This document shows positions 38,946 through 52,970 of a stretch of 64,000 bases of DNA, one piece after another (within the stretch, counting starts at the first letter, position 1; the number at the start of each line of letters is the position of its first letter). Source of the DNA: Eledone cirrhosa (taxonomy: Eukaryota). The notes under the pieces were generated by a model. It was not told where the DNA came from, searched no databases, and saw nothing but the letters and a program-made list of their open reading frames with translations. A program made the position numbers and the translations under genes. The stretch spans positions 206,088,001-206,152,000 of the forward strand of contig OZ024741.1 of the NCBI GenBank assembly GCA_964016885.1. Reading direction: 5' to 3'.

Positions 38946-39054
38946 GCTTTGGCTTCTAACTAATTCACCAATCTCTCCTCTCATATCTCCTCTTCTATCT
39001 CCACCTCTCTATTTAAGATTGGTTACTCTTGAACTGTGTATAAATATATATATA

Positions 39055-39281
39055 TTTTTTTTTTTTAACGATCGACTTTCGTCAAATCGGACCGAGGAAA
39101 CAATGTTTCCGTTGGTCTTTCAAATTGCTAATACTTTCTATCGGTCGCAACTCCAGGTAGAAGGAGCAACTTGAAATAAAGTGTCTTGCTCAAGGACATA
39201 ACGCATCGCTCGGCCCGGGAATCGAACTCACAACCTCACGATTGCGAATCCAATTCTCTAACCACTCGGCCACACGCCATC
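39055..39281 (-). mobile_element. tRNA-derived SINE with A-tail; 5'-truncated copy at 55068-55221 (+)
   Basis: A-box TGGCCGAGTGG, B-box GTTCGATTCCC, GTCCTTGAGCAAGACACTT core. Confidence 0.82.
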
Positions 39282-39909
39282 ATATATATAGTAATAAATT
39301 TGAAGACTAAAATCCAAAGAGGGCTCGATAAGGATAAATATATATCAAATATATAAGAACCGTAGAGCAAATAGATATATACATACATGATGGCAGCCCC
39401 CTCATTATCGAGTATGGCCATTGCACGATATAGCATTATTAATAATTATTAATTAATTCTATCGTGCAATGCCTGTGCGTGAAGATTTTTTTTAAAGTGA
39501 GGAAAGACTGTGCACTGAGCCAATCCCACTCTCTGAGCGACAGTAGCTATAACCCGAAAAGAAGAAAAGATCAACATCATCGGTAACTACTGAGCCGCAG
39601 GTTTTATATCGTAGTTATCCCAGTTTCCTAAGTTGCCTTCTCCTAGAAGAATGCCCTGACAAAATGGTTTACCCGCGCGGTACATGTGTATATACATATT
39701 TACACACTTTTGGATGGCCGTTGACTCTTTTGAGTTCTTCCGCCCTTTATCAGGTTTTGTTTTTTGTCCTGCAGGATGTCCAAAATCACCCTCCTCATCA
39801 AGTAAACTTGGTGGGGTTGCCGGTTTTGTCGCCGACGACCCGACCATGCGACAGGTTGTTCTCGGTTACATGTTACCAGTAGCACACAAAAGTGACCCGA
39901 CATATACAT

Positions 39910-39940
<31 letters not shown>

Positions 39941-39942
<2 letters not shown>

Positions 39943-41432
39943 AACGTTAGAATATGTGTAATAAGGCCAAGACAATGCAGATATGGACATAGAAAAAGAA
40001 TGCAATAGTGAGAGATATTGATGAGGATTCGTCTTTCACCTTGAATTTATTTAAATGTCCTTAATTTTCGAGATAATATCTCTTCTTCGGAGGGAAGTAA
40101 AAGTCTCAGACCAGCGTCTAAATTTCCAATGAAGCCATGCTGACCGGAAATAGTATAGAGTTCTAACTTTAATATCAAAGAATTAAAATTAGGTGGGTAA
40201 AGAGTAGTCTCCCTTTAAGAGGGGTTTGTTTATGTTTTTGTTGTGTTTTTTAAATTTTATATGCGTGCCTGTATATGTGTGTGGGAGAAAGCATGAAGGT
40301 GTAGGTATGTGTGTGTGTGAGTGTGGGAAGATAGGTCTAATCGTAAAAGTGGGGGGTAGGTGTTATCTGGTGTTAGAACTGGTTTTGTGTGTGTATGTGT
40401 GAGAGAGAATAAGTGGAGGTGTGTGCGTGCGTGTGTGTGGGGTGTGTAAAGTGGGGCTAGAGGTCCTATCAGGTTATAAATTGGGTGTTGAGCTCTAGTC
40501 TATTATTGATTGGTGGATGTGTTCTATCTATAATGAGTGCTTCCTTGATTCTAAGATTACCGAGGTTTCTTTCTTTAGTTTCTATCCTAACTGTTATGTT
40601 TTTATCAGTGTTTTTGCATTTAACTAGGTGTTTCTTAAATGAGGAAGCGTTAAAAGAATAAAAGAACACCTCAATACTAACGCTTCCTCATTTAAGAAAC
40701 ACCTAGTTAAATGCAAAAACACTGATAAAAACATAACAGTTAGGATAGAAACTAAAGAAAGAAACCTCGGTAATCTTAGAATCAAGGAAGCACTCATTAT
40801 AGATAGAACACATCCACCAATCAATAATAGACTAGAGCTCAACACCCAATTTATAACCTGATAGGGCCTCTAGCCCCACTTTACACACCCCACACACACG
40901 CACGCACACACCTCCACTTATTCTCTCTCACACATACACACACAAAACCCGTTCTAACACCAGATAACACCTACCCCCCACTTTTACGATTAGACCTATC
41001 TTCCCACACTCACACACACACATACCTACACCTTCATGCTTTCTCCCACACACATATACAGGCACGCATATAAAATTTAAAAAACACAACAAAAACATAA
41101 ACAAACCCCTCTTAAAGGGAGACTACTCTTTACCCACCTAATTTTAATTCTTTGATATTAAAGTTAGAACTCTATACTATTCCCGGTCAGCATGGCTTCA
41201 TTGGAAATTTAGACGCTGGTCTGAGACTTTTACTTCCCTCCGAAGAAGAGATATTATCTCGAAAATTAAGGACATTTAAATAAATTCAAGGTGAAAGACG
41301 AATCCTCATCAATATCTCTCACTATTGCATTCTTTTTCTATGTCCATATCTGCATTGTCTTGGCCTTATTACACATATTCTAACGTTTATACCTCATTAC
41401 ACAATGCTTCAAGTGAACTATAACCTCCTCCT
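39941..41432. mobile_element. Fold-back PLE remnant: ~710-bp near-perfect inverted arms, ~25-bp spacer, Penelope/Poseidon-like GIY-YIG C-terminus, HHR-like motifs at 40059-40093 (-) and 41237-41271 (+)
   Basis: 39941-40652 vs 40678-41390; KRIKEHL..KKHL..LRIKEALII..PPIN; CCT-CCGAAGA-aGAGAT att ATCTC-GAAAATTA-AGG. Confidence 0.85.
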
Positions 41433-41441
41433 ATATATATA

Positions 41442-41596
<155 letters not shown>

Positions 41597-42028
41597 ATAT
41601 ACACATACGGCAAAAATTCAGTATTGAACAAATTTAATTTGTATTCTCAACTAACTGAGTTCAAGAAAACATAATATTTTTTTAAAGAAATTAAATACTC
41701 GTTAGCACGGTATATATGTATTTGTTTGTGTGTGCATGTTTGTATGTATATAAGCAAATACACATAAACAGAAAGAGAGATAGTGACAGAGAAAGAAAGA
41801 ACAGCATGATATGAACCTGTAGATCGATTGACACGGTCAAATACATACTCATTCACAAGCACACATATATTATAATTACTTACCATATATATACTTTTTA
41901 TATATAAACGAGACTTCCTCGTATTTTTCTATTATATATATATATGTGTGGGTGTGTGTATGTGTGTGTGTGCCTGAGTGTGTGTATGTGTGTGGGTGTA
42001 TGTATGCATATATATATACATATGTGTG

Positions 42029-42073
<45 letters not shown>

Positions 42074-42791
42074 CATACCAGTGTGCGCGCGTATGTGTGT
42101 GTTTGCGTAAGTAGTGAAAGAGAAAGTGGAATTTTTTCTTTCTGTTTTCGACTCTTAAAAACCGTGTTAAGTTTAGCAGAAGAAAAATGAATAGAGAAAT
42201 AGGAAGAAATTACATATTGATTATTTGATTATTTGCCAATTGAATCTCTATAAAATGAGACGAAATGAGCAATGCAGTATTGTTAAGATCTCGGGATTCG
42301 GCGGCAATACCGTGAAATAAAGTAAGTCACGTAAACTAAGCCAATTGTTTAATACGACGGAATTATCTTTTGTTAAGTATGTATCTTTTATGCAAGTCAC
42401 GACAGAACGCAATGTAGAATCGCGTTGAAATCCCGTGAGAACCGAACTGCAGATTTGATGAAAGCCAAGAATAAAAATATACCTAGTGGCGAAGCACGTC
42501 TCTCCGTTTTGTAAAAATGTCGGTCGTATGTATCATCTCATCGGCTGCGACTTTTTACAGCTACGTGAATGTATATACATACACGCACATATACACCCCC
42601 TAACACAGCCACCACACACTCACACGCACACACAGGCACACAGAGACTGACAGATGCACGCACACATATGTATGTATGTGTTTATGTGTATGTATGTATG
42701 TATGTATGCATATATGTGTGCGTGTGTGTGTATGTATGTACATATATGTTTTGTGTGTGTGTGTAAGTATGTATGTATGCATGAATGTACG

Positions 42792-42919
<128 letters not shown>

Positions 42920-43005
42920 TATATATACTTAAGGTAAATATTGATGCTATTCAATTCAAGCACTCGACGTATTTTTTCACATAGGAAAAACGGAGTAAAT
43001 TTAGA

Positions 43006-43161
43006 ATAAGAAAATGCGAAGTAGTTTCAGATGTAAAGTCCTTTATTGATAATGCTGTGATACATATTCCAATGACGTGTGGCCATTGTCGTCATTGAAA
43101 TATGTATCACAGCATTACCAATAAAGGACCTTAACATGTGAAACTACTTCAAATTTTCTTA
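43006..43161. repeat. Imperfect fold-back of a pLTR 3' end (family of 2728-3118)
   Basis: gctgtgatacatattccaatgacg / cgtcattgaaatatgtatcacagc; followed by (TA)n. Confidence 0.75.
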
Positions 43162-43162
43162 T

Positions 43163-43229
<67 letters not shown>

Positions 43230-43230
<1 letters not shown>

Positions 43231-43818
43231 TAGTAGTGGTACCCGGCGTTGCACGGGATAAGGTATTGTGAAATATATAACCGCCTTAGCTAAGCTGAGT
43301 ATTGCCACAACCACGGCTCGCAAAGAAGTAAGGGTCTGGTGGTACGTAAGTAAGCAACACTGTGGCTTAAAACGTGAGGAAGAAGTTGTGTGCACTTACC
43401 AACTGTTTGGGGAATGAGTGTGAGATTTGTCTTGAGCAAGGGTGGAGAATAACCGGAGGCAGCAGACAGCCAGATATACAGACAGATATTATAAGGGCGC
43501 GTTATGGACGCAGAGCGAATTGTAGAAAGTGACGTAATGCAGACGGCCAAACATACAGACAGATATTATAAGGGCGTGACGTTATATGGATGTATCTATC
43601 TAAAAAGAGAAAGACTAAGAATTATAGAGAGAGATCGCTAAATCGCCTAATGCGGTCCCTAGAGCATTGGAAATTTGAAATTGTGTTTGCTCAGAACACT
43701 CCCTGAAACATAAGTATTACATGTGTAAAGTTTGAAAACAATCGGTTAGGTGCTTCTCTAGTTTTAGGGACTCAAACTCACACACACAGACAGATATCCT
43801 CAGTTTTATATATATAGA
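43230..43818 (-). mobile_element. Non-autonomous Helitron
   Basis: Minus-strand 5' TCTATATATATAAAA; 3' CCCGTGCAACGCCGGG hairpin then CTAG/T. Confidence 0.82.
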
Positions 43819-44367
43819 CTAGCAGAAAACCACCCGGTGGGCGGTTTTCTGCTAGCAAATCTAGTGTATATACTGATATTGTTGAGATTTGGATGAGAAA
43901 TGCTTTCGGCACCACATGTTCACCGTCTCTCGGTGTGTCTTTTATGCATGTATAAATATATATGTTATCTATACGGGGAAATCTTTGAAATAAATATATG
44001 TTAAAACGAAAAAGGAGAAAAAGAGATTAGTGACGGAAATATAAACGTTATGATACATAAACGTTATGATATAACGATGGAAATATATCTTCAAATGGTC
44101 CTTGGCATGGTGTCAAGTCAGAACCGCCTCGAACTGGTTACTTCTGGCTTGTGCAAGGTGTCTCTATAGCAACCAGCGATTCCCTCGGCCTCAGTGAGCA
44201 AAGTCAGTGGAGAGGGGAAGGTAATGTTTCTATAGCGACAGTGTTTCTCTTGGTATTACCAAAGTGGAGAAAGGAAGCGGAAGGTAATATTTCTGTAGCA
44301 CCTACATTTGAGTTTTAGGGAAGGACAGACAGACAGACAAACAGAGAAATGCCCATATATTTCTGTT

Positions 44368-44372
<5 letters not shown>
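43819..44372 (-). mobile_element. Non-autonomous Helitron-like element with terminal 37-nt hairpin, abutting the previous Helitron
   Basis: 5' region with (GTCT)n; 3' CTAGCAGAAAACC..GGTTTTCTGCTAG. Confidence 0.6.
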
Positions 44373-44440
<68 letters not shown>

Positions 44441-44585
44441 CACACACAGAAATGTATATATATTTCTTAGAACAAAATTATTATTAATGTTTTGCTGTTC
44501 ATAACAATTGGAATTGAAAAATTACTTTTGAAATTATTAGTTATTTTACTAATGCTTAGATATGTAAAAATGAAGCAATGTTTCT

Positions 44586-44757
44586 AATAATTGTTTCTAC
44601 TTTTGGCACAAGGCCAGCAAATTACCCAGTACATTACTGGTACTTTATTTTATCGACCCCTCGGCGGTATTTGAACTCAGACCATAAAGGGACGTAACTC
44701 CATGCTATGAAGCATGGTGTCCGACTCTCTACAGATTCTGCCAATCCACCGCCCTAA
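44586..44757 (-). mobile_element. tRNA-derived SINE (Meta-domain-like family)
   Basis: Minus-strand GAGTTCAAAT..GGGGTCGATAAAATAAAGTACC; same family at 49737-49960 and 58172-58562. Confidence 0.75.
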
Positions 44758-45041
44758 TGTCTGTACGTAATGAGGGAGTGAGAGGGAAGAGAAAGAAAGG
44801 CAGAGGTGAAGTGACGAAGTGACTGTCTCCTCCTCCTCCTCCTCCTCCATCTCCCCATTCGTCACAGCGATAGAGGGGATGAATGTTAGTGTGTTACAAA
44901 GAGAAAGAGTGAGAGTGAGAGAAACAGACAGACTAAAAGAGAGGGATAGCTGGAGAGAGAGAGAGATAGCAACCACGCGCGCACGTGTTTCCACTGTGGG
45001 ACAGACAGACAGAGAAATTGGTGGTTATATATTATTTGGAG

Positions 45042-45124
<83 letters not shown>

Positions 45125-45782
45125 CGTGTGTGCGTATGATGACTCTGTGATAAACAGGCGAAACTCCAGAGTAACAAAACTCACTATTCAGCTTTTATAT
45201 AATGAATACACACACACATACACACATATATAGACGCACACATACTAATCATTTACAATAATATTTTGAACGAAATACTAATTCTTTTTACACTTATGAG
45301 GTTTCCAGTAAACATTTTTGAAGAGATTTTAATAAATAATTAGATACACCACAGACTAATTACTCATGCACATATAAACACACTGTGGCACTCACATGCA
45401 TACTCGAACACATATATAATGTAGAGTGACGCATAAAGAAGGAAGTGAGAAGAAGCAGAGTGTGAGAGATTGGTAGATACACACATACCCATATATATAA
45501 GTACACTTCTTGAAGATTGTAAACTAACTCTACATAGTGTTAATTGCCGAGGTATCTTTTTATATTGGAATGGTGACGAAGTGTTAAGAAAGAACCGATC
45601 AAGTTTCGGTGTCCTTTGAAGCCACTATCAGAAAGAAAGATGGAATGCTGATTCAATTGTGTTTTTATTACGTGTGGATGGACATTAAAGAAACGATATT
45701 GTTAGTAAATTATTGTAGCAGATTTGTTAGTGAGCTGATTGAAAATAATTGACAATATGGAGCAAACATGAGGGGTCTACAC

Positions 45783-45970
45783 CAGGCATATCGTACATGC
45801 GGCCCTTTACAAGCACACCTGCAGCCCGCACAAAGGTTTTTACAGTGCGAGCGCAATATAAAATAAAAAATATTAGTTGTAATGTGCGCAAATAGTTGTC
45901 ATGTGTGGCCCTCAGACAACACATATGTGACCCATGTGGCCCTCGGGGGACCCTCAGTTTGTCATGCCTG
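45783..45970. mobile_element. hAT (Charlie-type) MITE
   Basis: TIRs CAGGCAT/ATGCCTG; perfect 8-bp TSD GTCTACAC (45775-45782, 45971-45978). Confidence 0.85.
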
Positions 45971-47316
45971 GTCTACACAATCCCTTTACCTGCTATAAAT
46001 AGTAATAAGATTTTCAAATCACAATCTACTATCTTGAATGAGAGATAGATACATTAAATAATGTAGAATACGGGATGGTCACGACTGAAGCATGTATGAT
46101 AATAATTCTGTTAGGTCAAAGCTACCTTTGAGCTAAACAACTTCAGCAACAGCATCAAAGAATAAGCTTCATCTAATGGGGATCGGTGTGCATCACTTTA
46201 GTCTCAGATCACGAGGGCAGGATGAAATTGAAGAAAATCTGGGTGCTATTTTAAGTAGATCGAGAGTAATATAAGATTTCAGAGAAGTTTAGCGGCTGTT
46301 TTTAGCAGGTTGGACAATTGCATAGAGGCTCCCTCCTCATTTGCTCGTGGATATATTGTGTATATTGTACATAAATATATTGAGTTTAGATTTTGTAGCA
46401 ATCTGGGGTTGCTGCTCTAACGTGATTATCGCAATTACAGACTAAAGAACATTTATACATGTTAGCTGTAACACAGTTTGACCCTGATCAAACAGACCTC
46501 TGGTCAAGCGTGTTCTTACTTTGAGCATTCTAATTTTCATCTTTACATATCTAGGACCAGATCATCAAATGGCTGAGTGTATTGGACACAACGATCAGAG
46601 AGAGCAGCTTATTGCATTAAATAACGTTGTTGCTCGATGTGACACCACCACTTGGCACTCGGGTTTAAGCATTCTTTCTATATCTCCAATTTGAGAATAC
46701 TTGCATTCCTTCCGCCCATCCACCTGTCCAGGAGACCTTGAAAAGCATCATCGGCACTACAATTTCATTCCCACTAAGTGATAAAAAGATGTTACGGATG
46801 TCATTAATCCAAAATGATTAGCTTAAAGTATACAGTAGGACATGTCATTGTTGCAGATGTTATTCTCGTTGATATTTAGACGTAACTCACTTTTGATCAA
46901 GCTGAACAAGCTTAATTATGATCAAAGCGTTCCAGCCTTGATCATCACATCCTATATTCAAGAAGAATCTCCCAAACTACGTTGTCAGATTAATGTTCTC
47001 GTTGTTTTTTAAAGGTAGTACGACGTAGTTTGAGGGCGATCGTTTGCTGTTTCATGCAACAACTTACTAATGTGTAAAAGTTTAAATATGAAATCCCACG
47101 TTGACCTTTGCAGCTAATTTTCAGTCATATTGTCTCTTAGGTAAGTGCTATATTGTGGCATCACTGAAATGGTAAAAGTGCTACATTTGCATAACAAAAT
47201 CAGATACTTTCTATATATAATACGAGTTAATAGTACAAATATTGCTTAATGTTTTGTTTCTCTGTATTTTGTTTCTCTGTTTGTCTGTCTTTCTCTGTCT
47301 CATACTCTCTCTCTCT

Positions 47317-47439
<123 letters not shown>

Positions 47440-47847
47440 TATTTTCCGTTGTGTTGTAATATAAATATTACACACAGTAGATTGACAGCTCATGTAGAGT
47501 TTGCTCGACGGTTCCAGTTGAAATTCCAAAAGTAATCCGGAGAAAAATAGAAAGATTTGAATGGATACAGTTTAGTTGAAAGGAATTTATTGACACGTGT
47601 TTCTATAACAGTTACATAACCTAAAACAGCTGCTATCTACAAAGTATTAGTTATGCAGACAATCAATATTTCAATGTTATTATTTCCTGTCATTTCATCA
47701 GAATAATATTACTGAGGACCTGTTTGGTTTTTATAGAGAATATTAGGAGAGAGGGGTGAAGTTGTTAGAAGAATAGTTGAGGGAGTGGTTTTTTGATAGC
47801 AGTGAGAATTGTTGGTGGCAGTGAGTAATTAGATTCCCATATATATA

Positions 47848-48581
47848 TAATAAATCAAGAAAGAAGAGTGACATGGTTTGCTATACAATAAGGGCTTTAT
47901 TCACATTGCTGACAATTGTTTCTCTGAACTGGTAGGTCTAGAGATTGCTACCCGCCTGTCTTTGCGTCAATCGATCACCAATACATTGTTATAACCAGTC
48001 TATTCGTCAGAGCATGCGAGAATGAAGGGAATACTCAGGCTTCTATATATAGTAGTGTCATTAAATCAGAACAATAATAACAATACTCAAATAAATTAGC
48101 TAAGTAAGAAATAGAGTATACTGATGACTTTAGCATGTAAAACGAACTGATACGAAATAGATGTATGAAATTGACATGTGAAAGTATTGTTATTATTGTT
48201 CTGATTTAATGCCACTACTATATGTAGAAGCCATGCCTGCGTATATCCTTCATTCTCGCATGCTCTGATGAATAGACTGGTTATAACAAAGTATTGGTGA
48301 TCGATTGACGCAAAAATAGGCGGGTAGCGATCTCTAGACCCTATCAGTTCAGAGAAACAATTGTCAGCAATGTGAATAAAGCCCTTATTGTATAGAAAAC
48401 CATATCACTCTTCTTTCCTGATTTATTATTACTCCAAGAGAAATCACCGCGTACTCGCAGCATCACTATGGAAACGTCTTGTTGAGTCAAACTTAGCCAA
48501 GCGTTAGTAATATCCACTACTCGGAGTACCCTAACTTGACTACATCTAAGTGGACTACCTAAAACAATAATTTGTTATCCC

Positions 48582-48582
<1 letters not shown>
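47848..48582. mobile_element. ORF-less fold-back PLE-pLTR element, ~240-bp arms, each with an HHR (47907-48014 -, 48261-48369 +)
   Basis: TGCT-CTGA(T/C)GA-..long stem II..-GAAAC-AATT-GTC-AGCA, then AATAAA; ends at (TA)n. Confidence 0.85.
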
Positions 48583-48655
<73 letters not shown>

Positions 48656-49175
48656 AAACGGTAAACAGAAATAACAACACAATCGGTATAGTATATGGAA
48701 GGAATATATTCGGTTAACGCTTGAAATAGCAGGACGCTAGTCTTGTATATACATATATATATATAAGAAAAGGAAGAGAGACGGTAACATATACTCAACA
48801 TCAGTTTATTTCATTATATCATTACATGTTGAATATATGATACTGTCTCTCTTCCTTTTCTTAATATTGATATTCCGTCTGATACCAGCTAAACTATAAT
48901 AAAGTAAGAAGCGCGGGATTGTGTACGGTTTATAATTTGTTATCCCATTAGTAAAATAAGTTGGATTACTTTGAATAAATAATGAATGAATATTACATAA
49001 TTTATCTACCAAATTTCGTGGCTGTTCATTAAATATATTTTATTACTTATTTAAATATCTACTTCTTTAAAATTTTCAAATGTCAACACTTCCGGTTAGT
49101 GATCATTTAAATAAATATTCATATATTTCTATCACTAATTTTCTCCTAATGCAGTTTATATATAATGTCTTTTTT

Positions 49176-49371
49176 AATGTATCATGGATTAAGTTACTGA
49201 TTACATAAGAGAGTGTAACACAATCTTCGTTCAATTTCTGTGTATATTGTCAATTACGATTTTATTTGATGTATCATATCTATCACACATGCATATATAC
49301 TTGCGTATCATATCAATATGCACACTACACATGCTAACAGAAAACCACCCGGACGGTGGTTTTTCTGCTAG
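49176..49371 (+). mobile_element. 3' end of Helitron-like element with terminal hairpin
   Basis: Reverse-complement homolog of 10670-10860; ends CTAG/T. Confidence 0.6.
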
Positions 49372-49466
49372 TATATGTAATACCTTGTGGCATCCTTAAG
49401 GTCAAGTGCTTCCGTACGATTACAGGATTGTTGATCGATTGCTTGGACCATACAACACTGATTATC

Positions 49467-49528
<62 letters not shown>

Positions 49529-49736
49529 TGAAGTAGAGAATTGCCTGTGAGCTCTGGTAGTTTCAGCTAGTTACCTCAATCTAGACTTCGTCAGGAAAGC
49601 GTCTCAAATTTAAGTGAAATGAGAGGAAGGTAGAGAAGTAGAAAGGAAGAGAGAAAGAAAAGCATGAATGAAGGAAAATAAACAAGGCGGCGAAAAAGTG
49701 AAAAAGAAAGAAGGGGAAAAAATTAAAAATTAAAAA

Positions 49737-49960
49737 ATAATGGTTTCTTATATAGGCACACGGCCAGTAATTTTGGGGGAGGGGAACGTCGATTAAATCG
49801 ACCCCAGTGAGCGACTGGTACTTTATTTTATCGACCCCGTAAGGATGAAAAACAAAGTTAACCTCGGCAGGATTTGAACTCAGATCATAAAGGGCCGTAA
49901 CTCTATGCTACAAAGCATGGCGTCCGACCCTCTACCTGTACTGCCAATCCATCGCCCTTA
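49737..49960 (-). mobile_element. tRNA-derived SINE (Meta-domain-like)
   Basis: atcgaccccgtaaggatgaaa..gttaacctcggcaggatttgaactc. Confidence 0.78.
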
Positions 49961-50815
49961 ATGAAATGTCAAAAGGCACTAACGAGTGGGTATTTAGGAT
50001 AGCTTGCTGAATCCCTACAAGACGGTGATCCAGCATGATCACAGTTTAATGACTAAAACCAGTATAAGCTGGAATGTCAGTCAGTGGCTATTACTTCATA
50101 GCAAAAGAGCTAGAAGGAGAAGAAGATGGTGGGGGAGCTAGAGGGTATTTACTTGGTTGTCTTGCACATACACACACGTATCACCCGCTCACATACACCC
50201 CCACGTACATGGGTAGAAGAAGAAAAGGGATGAAGAGGAACAGAGAAATAAAGGAGAAATAAGGAAGGAGGAAGAAAGAAAGGAAGAAGAAAAAAGAAAA
50301 ACGGAAGAAAGGGAAATGGCGGGAAGCTAAAAGGCAATATCTGGTTGAAGTGTAGAATAGGGTTATAATGGATGGTCTAGGGCGAAAGGTCAGTTGATGG
50401 CTAAATATTGACAACAAAGGGATGTGGGAGGAGGGTAGGATAGTTTGAGGCGGAGGGAACTCACTCGGACGTCACACGCATACACACACACATACAAACC
50501 GACAACACACGCGAACCAGTGCATACAAACAAGAATTTAAAAGTTCAAACTTGAAAATTTAAAAGTTTAAACAAGTCCATAAATCCAAGAAAGGAGAACA
50601 TCGGTGCGAGATACGTTGGAAAAAGCAAGTACTCATGTGTGAATATAATTAGGAGAGAGGACTGGTTTGGGATTGGGATCTGTGAAGGGTAAGGTGGAAA
50701 GTGTATGAGTACTGGGGGAGGAGAGATAGCCAAGTTCTTTTATTTCCCATCAGGCAAGCACAGTTGTCGAGGTTGAGATAGTATAGTCCATTATCATCCA
50801 GGGCCGCGTGTAAGT

Positions 50816-51310
50816 TTAAAGCAGAAGTACAATTTCTGGTTCCGACGTCTGCATTTTGTAGCTAGTTCCGTTTTTTGTTGGTGGGTGGGCCTTTTTCAAA
50901 TAGAAAGCAAAGCTCTTCGGCTGAGCATAAGTTACAGGGGCCACCCTTTCCTTGTATGGCTGGGCCTCAGTGATGATGCTCCAGCTAAGGTTGTAAGGAG
51001 TTCCCTTTTCATGTAAACTCCAGACAAAACTGGAGAGGCTTGTAGTATACTTCTTCTCCTGGTGGCGGAAGGAGTGGGTATGTTGCGTAAATCTCCGTAG
51101 CAATGCTTTTGGGTCCATTTGGCCTGTGGATGTTGAGCTTAGACCTCTTTGAGGCGGTGATGCACTGGGAGATGTTGGGCGTAGTGGAATATGACAGCTT
51201 CACCATGTTTTTGTTAATTATTTTGTGGGAACGGCGATGTGGTGGAGAATGCGGCTGGATCATTCCGAAGAATAATCTGGCAAGTGGTGTCGCTATGTAG
51301 GGAGTTATTC
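50816..51310 (-). mobile_element. Decayed Nematis-type PLE fragment
   Basis: KIINKNMVKLSYSTTPNI; RRFTQHTHSFRH..TSLSSFVWSL..LSWSII. Confidence 0.8.
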
Positions 51311-51443
51311 GGTTTCCTTCGGCGGTTGGGTGCTTCTGGTGTCAAACAAATTTGAATTCATTCTGGAATACGGTACTAAATACGTTTCTCAACACATTAC
51401 TAGAGAAGAAGTATATTGTATATAGAAATGACTTCTGCAGGAC

Positions 51444-51494
<51 letters not shown>

Positions 51495-51517
51495 GCACAC
51501 ACACTCACACATACACA

Positions 51518-52510
<993 letters not shown>

Positions 52511-52589
52511 TATATATATATAAAATAAAATAAAATAAAATAAAATAAAACAAGGACGAGTGGTTACTCCTTCATTACGTTTATTGGTT

Positions 52590-52674
52590 GGTGACGCGCA
52601 TTTCGCCACCGATCAGCTCAAGATTCGATCTGTATCTATCTAGACCGACTCTGTAACCAACGGGTCGTCGGACC
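52590..52674 (-). ncRNA. Hammerhead-like ribozyme, core CCGACGA, long stem II (family of 2243-2329)
   Basis: GGT-CCGACGA-...ATCGGTGGC-GAAAT-GCGC-GTC-ACC then AATAAA. Confidence 0.68.
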
Positions 52675-52815
52675 CTTTTTGGTGGTAATGATTACCATCC
52701 GGTATGGTAATCATTGGTAATGATGGTAATGATTACTATCCGGGAGCTTCCAACAGTAATGGTTGCATTCTTTAAGGGTATGTCAATATTTATTTATAAA
52801 ACTGCTCTATATTAT

Positions 52816-52878
52816 ATTTTATCTGATGAAAGCACACCATAATTTAACTTGGTGTCCTTGAAATATGTATAATGAAAT
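52816..52878 (+). ncRNA. Type-I hammerhead ribozyme (AUA cleavage triplet)
   Basis: ATTTTAT-CTGATGA-AAG.ACACCA..TGGTGT.CTT-GAAAT-ATGT-ATA-ATGAAAT, overlapping AATAAA. Confidence 0.72.
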
Positions 52879-52918
52879 AAATATGGTTTTACAAATATAG
52901 TTTCCATTTGTTAATATC

Positions 52919-52966
<48 letters not shown>

Positions 52967-52970
<4 letters not shown>

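Noticed and set aside
39200-39281. tRNA gene
   Set aside because: A/B boxes continue into a SINE core and A-tail, with no complete cloverleaf
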